Source of the DNA: Adineta vaga | Lineage: Eukaryota; Animalia; Rotifera | Assembly (NCBI GenBank): GCA_021613535.1 | Contig: CP075496.1 | Span: 10,602,001 to 10,666,000 of the forward strand | Direction of reading: 5' to 3' | Length of the DNA: 64,000 nucleotides | Shown: one piece after another, positions 46,329 through 61,019 of the stretch | How the letters are laid out: every line of letters begins with the position of its first letter | How positions within the stretch are numbered: the stretch's first letter is position 1 | Translations under genes and position numbers: made by a program | Notes under the pieces: generated by a model | The model's input: only the letters and a program-made list of their open reading frames with translations | Told to the model about the DNA's origin: nothing | Database searches by the model: none

Positions 46329-48328
46329 GAGAATAAGTGAACGTTAAAATGACCTTCTAGAACAGTTTTGTTATGTCTATGCTTATTTTTGTTTTTTTTC
46401 TACTTTTGTGTCGGCCGTTGTATACCTTATAGGAAATACATAATAAGACGATCAATACTGATGAGAGTGATCATTATAAAAAAAATATTTTTGAAATCTG
46501 GGAATGCAATTGATTTTTACAAAGAGTGGATAGTAAATCATAGGAAAATGCAATATTTCCTTGAGTATAATACTACTGATGGCTTTCCATGAGAAAATAT
46601 TAATTTTTAATTGCGAACAAAATTTCATCAAAATTTGTCATCGATTGATTGCAACTAATAATTCAAAGAAATTGTATTTCATAAATTACAGTTTGTCAAA
46701 TATTCTTTATCAACAAGTTCATTACTTTTTCTGTTTCATTGAACTGATGAAAACAGCTATGAGACATGATAAGATTTATATCAATCAGACGATAAGAAAA
46801 TTAAACAGTATGAAAACAATGCTATCTAAGTCAATCGATATATATATATATATATAAATTTAACAATAGTGTTGTAAAAGTTTTATAACAGTCTACGGAA
46901 ATTCTTTTGTTAAGAATAGAAATATATTTATTAATTAATTTCCATCTCAAAGCAGAATGACCTTTTCTCTCGTACAAAAAAAATCTGTTTATTTTCATCT
47001 CATTTAGTTATAAACGAAATAATATGAGAGATTCAACATGCCTCTTGATGATTATTAGCAAAATCAATTTGCAATTAGTGTATCATAAGTTATCAGTATT
47101 GTATACATGACATACACATATCTATCTATGTAGACAAATGGTGCATACATGAGATCGATAACATCCGGAGTGTGAAGAAGATAGGAGACAGTTGCTCCAC
47201 CTCAATATCTCTTCGCCAAAAAAAATTGACTTCAATGACAGCTCTTCATCCTCATTAGTTCTTTTCAATTGATTTCAGTTAAACGATAATCATTCAATGT
47301 GTGTGAATTTCAACTTGATTATTTTGTCGGCATGTTAATATAAATATCAAAATAAGAGTCTTACATATTATTTTCAATGATAGAATTAAAAAACATAGTC
47401 GGCAATCATTGATATTTTTTCTATCTACATTCATCTTTTGATTAGAAGAGAAATATCTTGTTTGTACACAATTCATTGTTGTCTATATAGACTATTGCTA
47501 TTGAAGAGTTTTACAACCTCTTTCTCGCATCTGAGAAAAGAAGAAAAAAGAGTCAATGCATGCACACATACATACATATATATAAAATCTTATCTCATTT
47601 GTTCTCTTGGCTTCTTCGTCTTTTTCTTCTATCTATACGGAAATTCAATTAGAATCATGAGAATAGGTATAAGACGTTTGTAGTTGTCCGACATAAGCAA
47701 AAAAAACAATAATAAGAAAGGAGGAAGAAAACGATGATGATGAACACATATATATATATAGAAAACAGATCATCTTACATACATAAAAAACATCTTTAAC
47801 AAATGGCATCGGTCGCACGCGACTTTCTTTTACATGTTCAATTATCTTTTCTTCTGCTTCATCTTTTGCTTTTGCTTTTTTTTCATTGTCATATGGCGTT
47901 TTTCCAGTTGACTACTAATATACTAATATAAGTATCGAGTGACTTTTTTAATCGATGAATAGAAAAACAGATAGACGAATAGAAAAAAGTGTTGCTACTT
48001 TGTTCAGCGGAATAAAAACACCTTGAAAGGGAAAAAAATAGGAAATACCTGGTGAGAATCAATTTCTTTAACTAAACGCCCTCCTACGAATCAATGACGG
48101 ACATCCGGACTCTATTCAGCTTTTCTTTTCTTTTTTTTGTAATAACCCATCCATCCGTTATGGAAATAGGAAATAAGTGACCATATTCATCACTTCATTT
48201 AAAGAGAAAGAGAGAACAAGATCCAATATAGATTGATTTCTTTTTCTATGCCGATGTATCGAGAGACTCCATTTTCCACTTCAAAACGATTCTGTTTCTT
48301 GAGTGTTTACTGCTTTTCTCCCTATGTT

Positions 48329-48332
<4 letters not shown>

Positions 48333-48358
<26 letters not shown>
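48333..48358. repeat. (CT)n microsatellite
   Basis: About 13 perfect TC units in the non-coding region upstream of FoxD. Confidence 0.85.
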
Positions 48359-48366
<8 letters not shown>

Positions 48367-50070
48367 AGTCAAAACGATAGTAATATGTGTGAATAGCACA
48401 ACATTTCCGGCACAACTTTATATTTATATTTAGCTACCTGTTCATGCGCTTATAGGCAAGCAGATTGCCGACAACGGATTAATATGATCAGCAACAACGA
48501 GTCAACTAATCGAAAAAAAAGAAAGAAATGACAATAATGACAAGAATGAGCTTGTCTCTTACGCACGAATGGCATAATTGAGTTTTTGATTTGTTCGATT
48601 GGACAATAACATAACACGAGATCATTTTATATGAATATTTCAAGTATGGAAATCAATAATATCTAAAGAATGAATTACAACATAGATACACTTGGATAGT
48701 AATAATCAATTGATTTTCTTTTTCTTCAATATTGAACAATCTATCGAAGTATTTATACAAGAGATTTTCTCAATTAGAATGATTGGATAAAATTTCAATG
48801 ATCTATCTAATCTGTTTCACAAATAAATTGTCGAAGAAAAAAAAAGATTTCTTTTTGGTCAATCATATGTCCTATCACGCTAGATCTACTAAAAATAATT
48901 GAAACAATTAAATTGATACTTATTGACAAGTATTTTAACATCTTTGTCAATAGACTTCAAACTAAATCAAAATTACTAGTTGAAGTTAAAGATACATATA
49001 GTCGGTTGCCATTTCTTTTGTTGTTTTGTCGACAACATCTGAGTGGCTCTTCATCGGCATCACAATATCAACAGATACATATACATATATATATATATAT
49101 TTATATACACATCCAGACATCGATAAGGTCATATTATCACCTCATCACCTGCATCGATTGAAGAAACAGCCTGAGGCTGGTTACTAAACATATACACTTT
49201 ATTTCTTTTTTTTGTGGCAATATACACTAATAGAAAATGTCTGTTGGTTTTTTTTTCTTCTCCTCTCACTATTACTATTCGATAGTATAGTGATGATGGT
49301 GATTATGATTGCAAAAACGAGAAGATCTTTTGCATGAATACTCAAAATATTTACTTAGCGTTTGTTCGTCTACAATATGAGAAAGATAGAAAGAAAGAAA
49401 GAAAAAAAATGCAAGAATGACACAGTTTCTATCGTTTTTTTTTATTGCACACTCGCGTTCGTTTCAATAGCCTTTTCTTCGGTTGTTGATTGGTTCTGTT
49501 GATGTGTGTGTATGTTCGCAGAAAGAATACTTTCACATGTCAATCTACACATACATACATGAGAGAGATGATGGGATTGGCCGTTACGATAATATTTTTT
49601 CTTTTTCTCTCTTTCTCTCATTGCCGATCGTAAATCGATCTCTTTCTCTTTCTCTTTCTCTCTCTAACGCGCGCGCCCTATTGAAATGACGACAACGAAC
49701 GGAAATGAGCAGCAAACAGTCAGCATTACCCCATCGGAAATAGCCAAGCAGATCAGTCGTCTGTGAAGGTGAGGAAAAAGAGAAACACATACATAGAGAA
49801 AGTGTGTAAGCGAAAGAGAGACAGAGACAGAGCGAGAGAAAAACTTTTCTCATAACAATCATAGAATAACATAAGATACTTTTGGGAAAAAAAGATCTTT
49901 TTACATATATAATAATCGTCATTCGTCAGTTGTTCGCTTGCTTACATATATATTTTTCTTTGACTCTATTGATGTTCTTTTCTTCCTTCTACTTCTACAA
50001 CTTCTTCTATAATTGTCAAAATTGTTTCTAAATCACATTCCTTCAAACAAAATCCTTTGTTTTATTATCA

Positions 50071-51075
50071 ATGACAAATAAAATTGAAACAACAACAACA
50101 ACACCATCATCAATTGATGATGAATTGCTTGTTGATGTCGTTAGTCTTAATGGTAATAGTAGTTTATGTGTTGATTCATCTCAGCATACATCATCATCAC
50201 CAACATCTTCATCCTCATCACCCAATCATTCAATTGATTCAAGTCCGCATTCGCCAATTTCATCGTTATGTGGAGAAATTGAAGATGAACATACAAATTC
50301 CACGAAGAAATCTTTATCAGCTAAACAACATATTGTTAAACCACCTTACTCTTATATTGCATTAATTACTATGGCTATCTTACAATCTCCAACACGACGT
50401 TTAACCTTAAGTGGAATATGTGAATTTATTATGAATCGTTTTCCATATTATAAAGAACGTTTTCCTGCATGGCAAAATTCAATACGTCATAATTTAAGTT
50501 TAAATGATTGTTTTCTAAAAATTCCACGTTCACCAGGAAATCCCGGTAAGAATCTGCGGAAAATGAATTATCAAAATCTATTTCTTTTTTTTTCTTTAGG
50601 AAAAGGAAATTATTGGACATTAGATCCTGCTAGTGAAAATATGTTTGATAATGGTTCATTTTTACGTCGTCGGAAACGTTTTAAACGCATGAATCAACAT
50701 CACCATCATCATCATTCAGCATGTTTCCATCATGGACCAATGATATCTTCTTCAGTAACAGCACCACCACCGCCACCCTCGTTTCCACCAATCCCATATC
50801 CATTTCTTTCAACATCAGCACATTCAAAACGATGTTTTCCAATTTTACCCCCACCATTACCCTTACTTCCTCCACCACCTCCAATCCTACCAATGATACA
50901 TCAACATCCCAAGTCAAAAACTCCATTCACTATTGATAATCTAATCGGAAATATTAAAACATCACCAACATCATCATCTTCATCATCATCTTCATCATCG
51001 TCGTCGTCATCGTCAACACCATCAAATATCAATTCAGTATTAACGATAACTAATCGAGAAACATTTCGTGTATAA
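50071..51075 (+). CDS. FoxD: Forkhead box D transcription factor; one 54-nt intron (50546-50599)
   Basis: [89 protein letters not shown]; eh1 motif FTIDNLIG; N-terminal VDVV motif. Confidence 0.95.
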   Translation: MTNKIETTTTTPSSIDDELLVDVVSLNGNSSLCVDSSQHTSSSPTSSSSSPNHSIDSSPHSPISSLCGEIEDEHTNSTKKSLSAKQHIVKPPYSYIALITMAILQSPTRRLTLSGICEFIMNRFPYYKERFPAWQNSIRHNLSLNDCFLKIPRSPGNPGKNLRKMNYQNLFLFFSLGKGNYWTLDPASENMFDNGSFLRRRKRFKRMNQHHHHHHSACFHHGPMISSSVTAPPPPPSFPPIPYPFLSTSAHSKRCFPILPPPLPLLPPPPPILPMIHQHPKSKTPFTIDNLIGNIKTSPTSSSSSSSSSSSSSSSTPSNINSVLTITNRETFRV

Positions 51076-53091
51076 ATTTTCTTTTTCTTTTCCTCTTTTT
51101 TTTCTGTAACTATGTGCCACTTTTATTCTATATTTGACGACTAGTCAGTGAGAGCATGTTTGCCCGTTTGTTTTCTTTTTTTTATATATATTCACGTATA
51201 TATATATATATACATATATAAAATAATAATAATAACATTGTAACCAATGAAAAAAAAACTTCAACTCAACAAGAAAAATGATCGGTCAGATGTAAACTGA
51301 TAAGAAATATGTTCTTGTCTAGTTTTACAACTCTTTTTTTTGTCATGAAAGCAATAAATTAATGTATAACACGAATCATTATTCTCAAGTAAATCAAATA
51401 GTCGATAGTTCTTATGTTTACTTCTTGTAAACAGAAACATACATATAAATATAGAAAAGAAAAACGAATATCTTAACGTTTCTTTTCTGTTTTAAGATAT
51501 GTCATGTACATCTGTATCATCAACATCATAAATAAAAAAGAAATTGAGTTTCTTGTCACCGAATGATTGTGTTGAAAGATTTTCATCTGTTTCTGATGAT
51601 GATAATACCCTTGTATATACACATGAGTATCTGTTCGTTGTTAATCATATATATTAGACTGCTGCTTCTCTTTTATATATATATGTTTTGATGAATCGCT
51701 TTCTCGTTTGTACTAACACAAAAGTCAAAATAAACAAAAGGATAAATATCAATTGTTGTTATTCCAACGAGATGTGTGTGTATCTATGCTCTCTTCTGCA
51801 CAATTATCCACAATAAGGAGGAAACAACATGTCGTCAGTCGGATATCCGTCTGTTGTTGATGTAAGAGAGTATGAAAAGATTGAGAGAAAAGAAATAAAA
51901 GTGACTGTTGTTAGAATAGTAAGCAATAACAATTAGCTTCATCCCTCGATAGAGATAGACAAGATAGGAATGAAGACGATGTGCGAACGTACACAGCTGT
52001 GTAAGCGTACATGTATGTATCTCTTCGTTTTGCTTGAGTACGATGCACATACAAATAGAAGAAAAGAGAGAAGAAGAAAAAACAAATGCCGAAAATTTTC
52101 TTGTTTCAGATGTTAGTGGAATCGAATTCATGCAATACACGAAAAAGATATTCTCTACAATAGATAGATAAATCAAAGCAAGATAAGAAAATGAGATTAT
52201 CAATGAGTTAGAAGAGAAGAAAAATATCTAATTTTATTACATTTTCTTCTTTGAAGTTGTTTTCTTTTTCTCTATATGTACGATGAATTCAAATCGAAAT
52301 TAACATCAGTAAAATACTTAAGTGTTTGCTCTACTACATTCTTCATACGTTAAGTAACAAATAAAAAGAATGCTACTTTATAACTACTATAAAAAAAGAA
52401 AAGACATTAAACGAACTATCTTCAGTTTCTAGTCAGAAAACAAAGTGAACTAAAAACTTATCATGATTAGTTGACTTGTACGAGACAAAAGACATGAATA
52501 TATAACTATGTAAAATTTCTTTTTAAGTCCAATTTTAATATTATTTCAGATTGTTTCATTATAATCTGAGTTATTCCCTTCGTATCTGTTCTTGTAATTA
52601 TTGGATGGAGAGTTATGTATAATATAAGAACGATAGAACATATTTTCTCATTGTTAAACATAAGAACTTGAAATAATCTATGTAATAAATGAAGTTTTAA
52701 TATAGTGACATTTCTATTCCTTTCTTTCCTTTTTTTGTATTCAAGAAGATAAGCGGAACTAGAAGTGTACTTCATTTTTTCTAGAGTAGTCATCAAATAA
52801 GTATTGCACTTCTTTCTTTTACGACAAACTTAACTAAGTAATCGATAGAAAATGACTTGCTATTGTAAAATAATTGTATAGATTTCGATTTTTTCTTATG
52901 GAATATCCTTACAATCTTGATCTTTGTGTTGTTTTATTGAAAATAAGAGAAAAAAAAAGAATTTCTGTATTGACAAATATGTATATATAAAGAAAATTGT
53001 GAATTGTTTGTTTGCTTGTTTGTTTTTCATATTTGTTAAAAGATAAAATCAGAAGAAAAAGAGCTATCTGTTAAAAATTGTTCATATTAAT

Positions 53092-54476
53092 TTAGACATC
53101 AGAAGATTGACTTAAAGCTAAAAGAACCATTTTTAATTCTGGTTTGCTAAGCTTCTTATCGCGATTCACATCGCATCCATTTAATAATGACCGTTTAAAT
53201 TGTTGTAAATCATCATTATCATATTCCTAAACGATACCAAATAAATCAAATTTTAAATAAAAAATATCATAAATGACAATACTTTTCGAACAAGATCCAT
53301 TAGGTCCTTTACAAATCCATCTAGTTCTTCTTCTTCGATAATATTATTTCCATCCTTAATATGATAAAACATCGACGAAATATGAATTTATACATTATAA
53401 AAAGAATCAAATTACTTTATCATAAAGTTGAAATACTCGATCAAGATCTTGTGAATTTATTGATGAACAACCCTGGATTGAAATGGAGAAAAAATAAGTA
53501 AGCATGCAAAAAGAGACGAATAATTACTTTAAAAATTGGACGTAAAAGAAAATTTTCTCGAACAGGTAGAAGTCTAGAATTAAATTTACAAATGATTACT
53601 TTCTTTCATCTATATTTTTCTTTTTCTTTTTTACTTCGCCATTTCACTAAATTGTAATTTTCCATCACCATTTGAATCAAATATATGTAACTAAAGAAAG
53701 AATCAAATGAATTTTTTTTCTTTTTGTTTTTAATAAGATTTGAATTCCTTCCATACTATTGTGTCAGTATATTCAATTAATTTCTCTTCAGTTATTTTGT
53801 TTCCTTGTCGTCTATTTAAAAGTGTCTTTATAAATTGTTTTAATTCATCAGCTTCAATATAACCTGAACAATCAGTATCAAATTGTTTCCAAACTTTCAT
53901 AAAATCTACACTTGATTCAAGTGGATTATCTTTACGAAAAAGAAGAAGAAAATTTTCTTCTGTTGGTAGGATTTCAGCTAACTAAAAAGAAACGAATATT
54001 ATTTCATTAATTTACTATATCAAAAGAAAACATAAAACTTACTTCTCCAATTTCAATCCGACCATCTGAATTCACATCATAAGCTTCTAAGAAACATTCT
54101 TTTAATTCTCTTAATACACTATCAGATATCAACTAATAGAATAATAAAATTGTTGAATAAAAGAAGAAGATGGAAGAAAATATTCAACTTACATCTGGAC
54201 CTGTGTCACTTAAATTAACAGATGTAGCTAATTCACGAAGTAAATCGTCCAATTCATGCCCTTCAATGAAACCATTACCTAAATTAAAGATTAAAAAACA
54301 AATGAATATTTTTTTGATAAAATTCTATCCATACAATCAAGGTCATAATGACTCCAAATTTCCATGAATTGATTAGCAGTTAATTGTTTAAATTCTTTAC
54401 TTTGTTCATCACGAAATTGTCTTAGAAAGTTCTCTTTTTTACGATGACGTTGGTGCTCATTACCAGTTGTTGCCAT
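53092..54476 (-). CDS. Calbindin-32/Cbp53E-like hexa-EF-hand calcium-binding protein
   Basis: NFLRQFRD..LTANQFMEIWSHYDLDCNGFIEGHELD, AYDVNSDGRIEI, LPTEENFLLLFR.DNPLESSVDFMKVW..FDTDCSGYIEADELK; ~9 phase-consistent exons. Confidence 0.92.
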
Positions 54477-55847
54477 GAGAAGCGTTTTGATCTAAAAAAA
54501 AATAGGAGGGATGCGTGATAATGAGCAAAAGGTAACAGTTCTTGAAAAATTATTTGTAGCATATGAAAAGAACAAAGTCTTCTCACATCATGTTAGCAAC
54601 TATTTTATCTATCACATTTTTCTTCTTTACTTTGTCTCTTTCATTCTATCGTCTCCGGCTATGAAATCTAATTTCTTGATTCTTACTATTTGTTATTGTT
54701 ACATCTTTCTTTATTTAATATCCGAGTTTGTTTCTGATGTGTATGTTGATGTTCTTAATGGAAATTTGTCATGTTTTCTATCTACACTAGTTCAATAAAA
54801 GAACAATCGCGATATTAATTTACTAGGCGAACATCTATTACTGTGTCTGTCATCAGTTCAAACTCGTACGAGCATGCAATACTGTATGAGACGATTTTTC
54901 TAATGTGTCAAAAAAAAACAGAAGAAGAAAATGAAGATGAAGATGATGATGAAGAAGAAAGTATGAGCAGTACTGGTTAATATTCGGAACGGAAAAGAAA
55001 ATGACATACGCACGGTAGGAGAGAATGGCATATTCTCGTATAGGTAGATACTGAAAAGTGTGCGCATGAAAGATAATAAAAAGGAAACAATTTATATGCC
55101 GTTATAGAAAATCTTTGTTTATGAGCATTTTTCTGCTTAAAAAACGCAAAGAGAATACTAATATTTTTGACGTGTGGTGCATGTCGTATTAATTGTATTT
55201 GGTCTAAAAATAATTGAATGGAAGAGTAAATATATTAAAGTGGTTTTCAATCGAGAAAACGCCTCAGTTACATGTTCTAATATAGAAAGAAAATCTATTG
55301 ATCCTTATTTTTTTTCTTTTTCACTCGTTTGTTTCTTTTGCAAACATATCGTTTTGAGAACGTTTCGCTTTCTCTGAACTCTCGTAGGATGAATAAATAT
55401 TATTTTCTATCTATCGTTTCTTTCTATCTTAGTTAGTTTTAGCATGTAAACGAATCGATTCTTATTGAATATTTTAGTTTCTTGTTTTTCATCGTTTCAT
55501 TCAATAATTTTTCTATTAAATTTTCTCGAGATCGTGATATTAATATCTTATTATTAGATCAAACTATATCGCAGTTATAGAGATCGACAAGATAATAAAA
55601 TTTTCTAGTTCATATCTATCGTATAATTTCTAATTTTGTTTTTCTTCCTTATATTTCTTCTAATACTTATCTTGTGCATCGAGAACAATAAAAACCTGTC
55701 AATTTGAGAAAGCATGATGTGGAATGAAAGGATTCTCTCCTTGAAATCTTGTTTTTGTTTTTCTCTCTCGTTCATATTTGTCATTCAACGATTGCTTATA
55801 AATAAAAAATGACAAACTCAAGAACAAAGATTAAGTTTTATCCAACA

Positions 55848-55871
55848 ATATATATATATATATATATATAT
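55848..55871. repeat. (TA)n microsatellite
   Basis: About 12 perfect AT units. Confidence 0.85.
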
Positions 55872-57420
55872 AGAAGTCAACTGTTCATATATATCAATCC
55901 ATTCATTCGTTGTTTTTTATCACTAAATTATACTCAAAAACCTTCTGTTATATTGATTTGAACTTTGCACCGTTGTGTTTTTTCTTGGATTGATGATAAT
56001 CTATGACATATTGTATTTTATGAAAACGAGTACGTTTATTGTTGATTTTAGTTTTGGTAAAACATTAATCGGAAAACAACAGACATACCATCTGAGCCGA
56101 GGGAATAGTTGATTGTTCTCATTGAATCTCAAATGTGACGATTGTTATTTTAAGAACAAAGTCAATAACAACACACGCATACACCAAATGTTGAACAACA
56201 AAAGATGTATACTATTTACTTTATTAAGTTCTTTGAAGAAAAAAAAAAGAATCCTAACCGACTATATTTTGTTCTGTTTCTATAATTTATCTATATTATT
56301 AGTTTTCATTGTCTATTGTTTGAATTGATCGATCGATTATTGACGAAAACAATCGAAGAATCATCGTGATTTAAAAAATATACGTAACTATTGATGCAAT
56401 CCTACTAACTGTTACTCGATGAGATCATATGAATATGTCATTATTAACGAGAGTAATTATTCACCTTTCTTTCCTTTTTATCTTCAAAAATATCCAACTT
56501 TGTAAACTACTTTATGTCGAAGATGAAGAATATCTATGCTTATCTTCGCTATTCATAAATATTCTTCAAGCTGACATTTATTCATTGAAAAAAGAAACGT
56601 ATGAGAAGGGATCAGTTTGCAACATAATCTTTTTTGTCATCAACCATATGAAAGCATTTTAAGTCAAGATGACACTTTACATATATTATTAGTTTAAATC
56701 AGAAAACTTTCTCATATAACCTATTAGTTTTGAATTTGTATGTATTCTAATAATTATATTCATTATTTTGAACAGTAGACTGATTGTGTAGTTAAATTTT
56801 GTAAATGTTATTACTAAAGATTATTACAAAAGTATCCAAAGAGGATTAGATATGATCATTTGTTGCTCGACAGATTATTTCCATTCATTGACTTCGGATA
56901 GATTGTCAATAGTAGAAGAAGTTTTTCTCTCTTTCACGTGTCGGAAGAGTGGAGGAAAGATATATGCATCAATTATAATCAAGAAATATATTCTTCACAA
57001 GTTTCAGAATCTAACAGGATGGTAGAAGATGAGTATTATTTGTGAGTAGTTTCAAAATTTAGTCATGCAAATAAAAATGATCTAATATTCTACATACATT
57101 AAGTCATTTTTGCTCCTGTGAATTTTTAACTGATACTGACGAATGAATGTTACGACTATAGATATTCTAAAGAGACATCTATTGATTAACAATTTTTATC
57201 ATTTCCAAATGACATTTTATAATCTTATCTAAAAGTTTCAAGGATTTTCTTGTTAATTTGAGAGAAATTTTGTCATATATTATAGTTTAATTTAACTGGT
57301 TTCTTCCATAACCGTTTGTGGGAAACAAAGACTTACGTCTTTTGTTCTCGTTTCTCTCTTGTTCTTTCTCTATATTATATATCTATCTCAGCTTCTTCTA
57401 CGTTTACTTCTCATCGAATA

Positions 57421-59921
57421 ATGGCAGCAACATCTTCGCCAGCACCGATGCTCTTCTCTGTTTTGACTTCGTCTCATGACAATCACGATGATTTCGTTTA
57501 TCAATTACGAAATCATTTAACTCAAATTGAAAATAATGTACAAGAAACATTGAATAAAATTCAACAACGTATACTCTATAAACCAATTGAAATAGATAAT
57601 TCGAATCGAATCGATACAAAAGGTCGAACTCATTTTTTTGATGTGTAAGCATATTCAAATCAATCGTCAAGATACAAATTCTAACGATTATATTCGATTT
57701 TATTTTATAGATTGAAAGATGTAGCGATCAATAATAACGTCGTATGTGAAAAAATGTTATTAAATTGTTATTCAACTAATTCATCTATTTCTTTTCTCTT
57801 TTTTTTTAAATTAGCAATTCGACGAATCTTTCTTTCGACATCAATTTTTAGACAATCAAGATTCATCTCCATCACCGTAAGTTCAATTGCTTCTATTGAA
57901 TGATTTTTGATCTATTATTTTTCAGGAAAGTTGATATTGTTCGAGCTAAACCATCTATTACAACTGATACCGATGATCGTCCTCAACTATCACCTATTAA
58001 CAATAATCGTCGATCTCAATTTGCACCTGTTCTTAGTAGTACGCCAGTACATCAGACAAGTCCGATTATACCGATTCCTGTTGATCTTACTAGTATGTGT
58101 TTTCTTTTTCTTATTTTAACTTGAGAAGTATTTTTAACTTCCTCTATGTTTCCTGTTGTTTAGTGGCTACACCATCAGTTGCTCAGAGTTTAACAATGAA
58201 TTCAAATGATCTACCAACTGCTTTACCGTCAGCTATCGTTCCTCAACGAGCAAATGTTACACGTCCGGCTGGTCGTCCGCCACGTATTCCACGTGGTGAA
58301 TCCGTAACACGTCAAAAGAAAAATACTTCACCGATAAAAGAACAAAATGAAGAAACTGTTCTAACCAAAGAAATTCAAATAACAACTAAACGTCGTATCA
58401 AAACTAAACAAGACATTATTGAAGATAATATTGAAGTTATTATCGAACAACAAACAGATATTATTCCAGATATAATTAAACAAGTTCAAGCAACTCCATT
58501 ACGTGGAAGAAAGAAGAAAATAATTCAAGATGATATTAATATCATTCCACAATTGGAACCACCACCGCTACCACCGCCAGATGTACCTGTGAAGGAAACT
58601 GAAAATATTCCGAAAAAAACACGAGTAGGAAGAAACAAAAAGAAACAAGAAGACGACGTTGAAGATATTAAACCAAAACGAACTGCTTCTGTACGCAATC
58701 GAAAGAAAAAGAAAGAAGACGAGGAAGAAGAAAAAGCAGAATCACCAAAAGATGTTCCAGTAGCATCGAAAAAAGCAATCAGAAATAAAAAAACTGTTGA
58801 ACCTATTGCTAATATTGAAGAAGTAAGTAAATAAATAAAGTTCTTGAAAATATTTAGTTCCCAATTTATTTTAGACTTTACCACCACCACCACCACCAGC
58901 AACAAAAGTTCGTGCAACACCTTCACGTGGTAAGAAGAAATCACCAATTGAAACTGTTATCACATCACCACCGAAACTTATTACTCCACCAACTTCAAAG
59001 AAAACAACAAAATCAAAAAAACGAAAAGATACGAGTACAACAAATGAAAATCCAACTGATACGATTCAAGTAAGACATTTGTTTTCATCCAAAATAGACT
59101 AATATTTGTCTATTATTAGCCACCATCACCAAAACGTCGTGGTGGTCGAAATACAAAATCGAAAAATAACTCACCAGTACAACCAATGATTACTCCACCT
59201 TTAATTGAACAACAAGAGCAACCACCAGCACCTACATCAACTCGAAGTAGTCGACGTGGTAAAAAAGATATCGAAATACCAATTGAAAAACAAGAAACTA
59301 TTGTTTTGAATAAAAAATCTCGAACTGGTCGTGGAAAAAAACTTACTGAACCGAACAATACTGATATACCTGTCACTGTTGTGGATATCGTGATGACATC
59401 AGTTACTGTCTCGGTAAGTATTTTACATATTTTTTCAAATTGATACCTAATGAATCTATCTGTAGGCACCAGTTCCATCAACTACTGATTCAAAAGGTGC
59501 TAAACCACCCCGACCCCCGGTTGCACGAAAGAAAAAAAGTATTGCCATGCCACCCATATCTCAAATGTCTCCATCAACACCACCATCAACGAAACGTATT
59601 CCATCAACATCTCCTATTAATGATAAACCACTTTTACCTATACCTGTTCCAAAAAGTGGCGGTCGACGTCGTCAACAGCAACGTCGATTAGCTAATTCAC
59701 CGAACCGAGTAGAAGAGTCAACTTTAGAAATAATACCATCCGTTACACGAAATCAAAAACGTACACAATCGTCAGTCATGTCAACACCGAAACGAGCTCG
59801 TCGTGATAATCTTATTGTCACAACTGTACCTAGTACTCCAGGTAAAAAACGTAATAAATGTACGTGTGAAAAACGAAGACATAGAATATGTGACATTTGT
59901 GCAACAGCTGCTGAAACTTAA
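57421..59921 (+). CDS. Uncharacterised basic, Pro/Thr-rich low-complexity protein with C-terminal CxC-x7-CxxC
   Basis: Chain of long ORFs separated by ~55 nt GT-AG introns. Repeated RGRKK/RGKK/GRPPR motifs and many S/T-P sites. Ends KCTCEKRRHRICDICATAAET*. Some internal exons are uncertain. Confidence 0.7.
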
Positions 59922-60295
59922 CAAATGATTCTTTTAAATATTTTTTTGTACAAAGTCGATGTGCTAGTATATGTGTCTTTGTCTATTGTATATGTATTCT
60001 TATTCTCTCCATAATATTCTAGTTTGTCTATATTTTCCTTGTGTTATGCCTTCGTTCAATGATGAAAAAATAAAATAAAATCGAACTTATTTGCTAATAT
60101 ACTTTTTCAATGATCCTGGAAACAATAGAGAAAGATTTTCTATATATCCTTTGTTCTTTTTTATTGAGCGTCATTACTTTTTCAAAAAAAGAATGTCACA
60201 TATAACATGTGTTTAGAAACACAAAACAAAAATTTCAAGTATATTTCATCTAGCTATATACACAAATGAAGATTCAATTAATTTCTTTGAAATAT

Positions 60296-61019
60296 TTATT
60301 TAGTTGGTGGTGGTGGTGGAGCTGGCATTTTCTTAACTGATGAGCGGACCGATGGAGAAGGAGCGAGAGGAACTAAATCGAATGGTGGTGGCATAGTTGT
60401 ATCTTTTAATTGTATATCTTCAATAGGCGCTGATGCTAATGGATTTTGTTTATCATCATCGTGAATATCTAATCCAGGACTGAGATCATCACATATTCTA
60501 TTCATCCAAGGCATAGGATCTAATTTGATCAATGTTAACCAACAGCCACCACGTTGATACTGAAATAAAAGAATTTCTTTTCTTGTTATCGCAGAATTTT
60601 TTGCAATGAAAAACCTTAATTGAACAACGTTCTGGTTGAATTTCGCCTGGTAATTGAGCAATGGATATTGAATATACTTTTGTTTGAACATTTATTGTAA
60701 ATGTAAATGATCTAAATAGGATTCAGTAATATTTTATGTATACTACTGATTTTTGTCAGAAGACTTACTGATCTTGAAAATCGAGTTCTTTTTCATGTCC
60801 ATTTGATGGAATAAATTTCAATATATTAGGAAATGATCTTTTTACTTTCAATTCTGGAATATTTAAATACACTAATACCTTTCGTGCACCTTCTTCTTGT
60901 ACAACAACTAGAAGAAGATTTGAAAAACAATTCATTTTTCTTTATCAAATCGAATACATACAACTTGGTAAGATAGGTTTGCTTGCATCACCAGTTGCAT
61001 TCATAGCGATATGTTTCAT
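60296..61019 (-). CDS. CS/p23-like domain protein with Pro-rich C-terminus
   Basis: Spliced product VLVYLNIPEL...LDFQDQSFTFTI...YSISIAQLPGEIQPERCSIKYQRGGCWLTLIKLDPMPW matches the CS-domain pattern. The start may lie further upstream. Confidence 0.7.

Noticed and set aside
46368-49922. Numerous 60-112 aa ORFs upstream of FoxD
   Set aside because: Driven by microsatellites and AT-rich sequence, with no motifs or consistent splicing.
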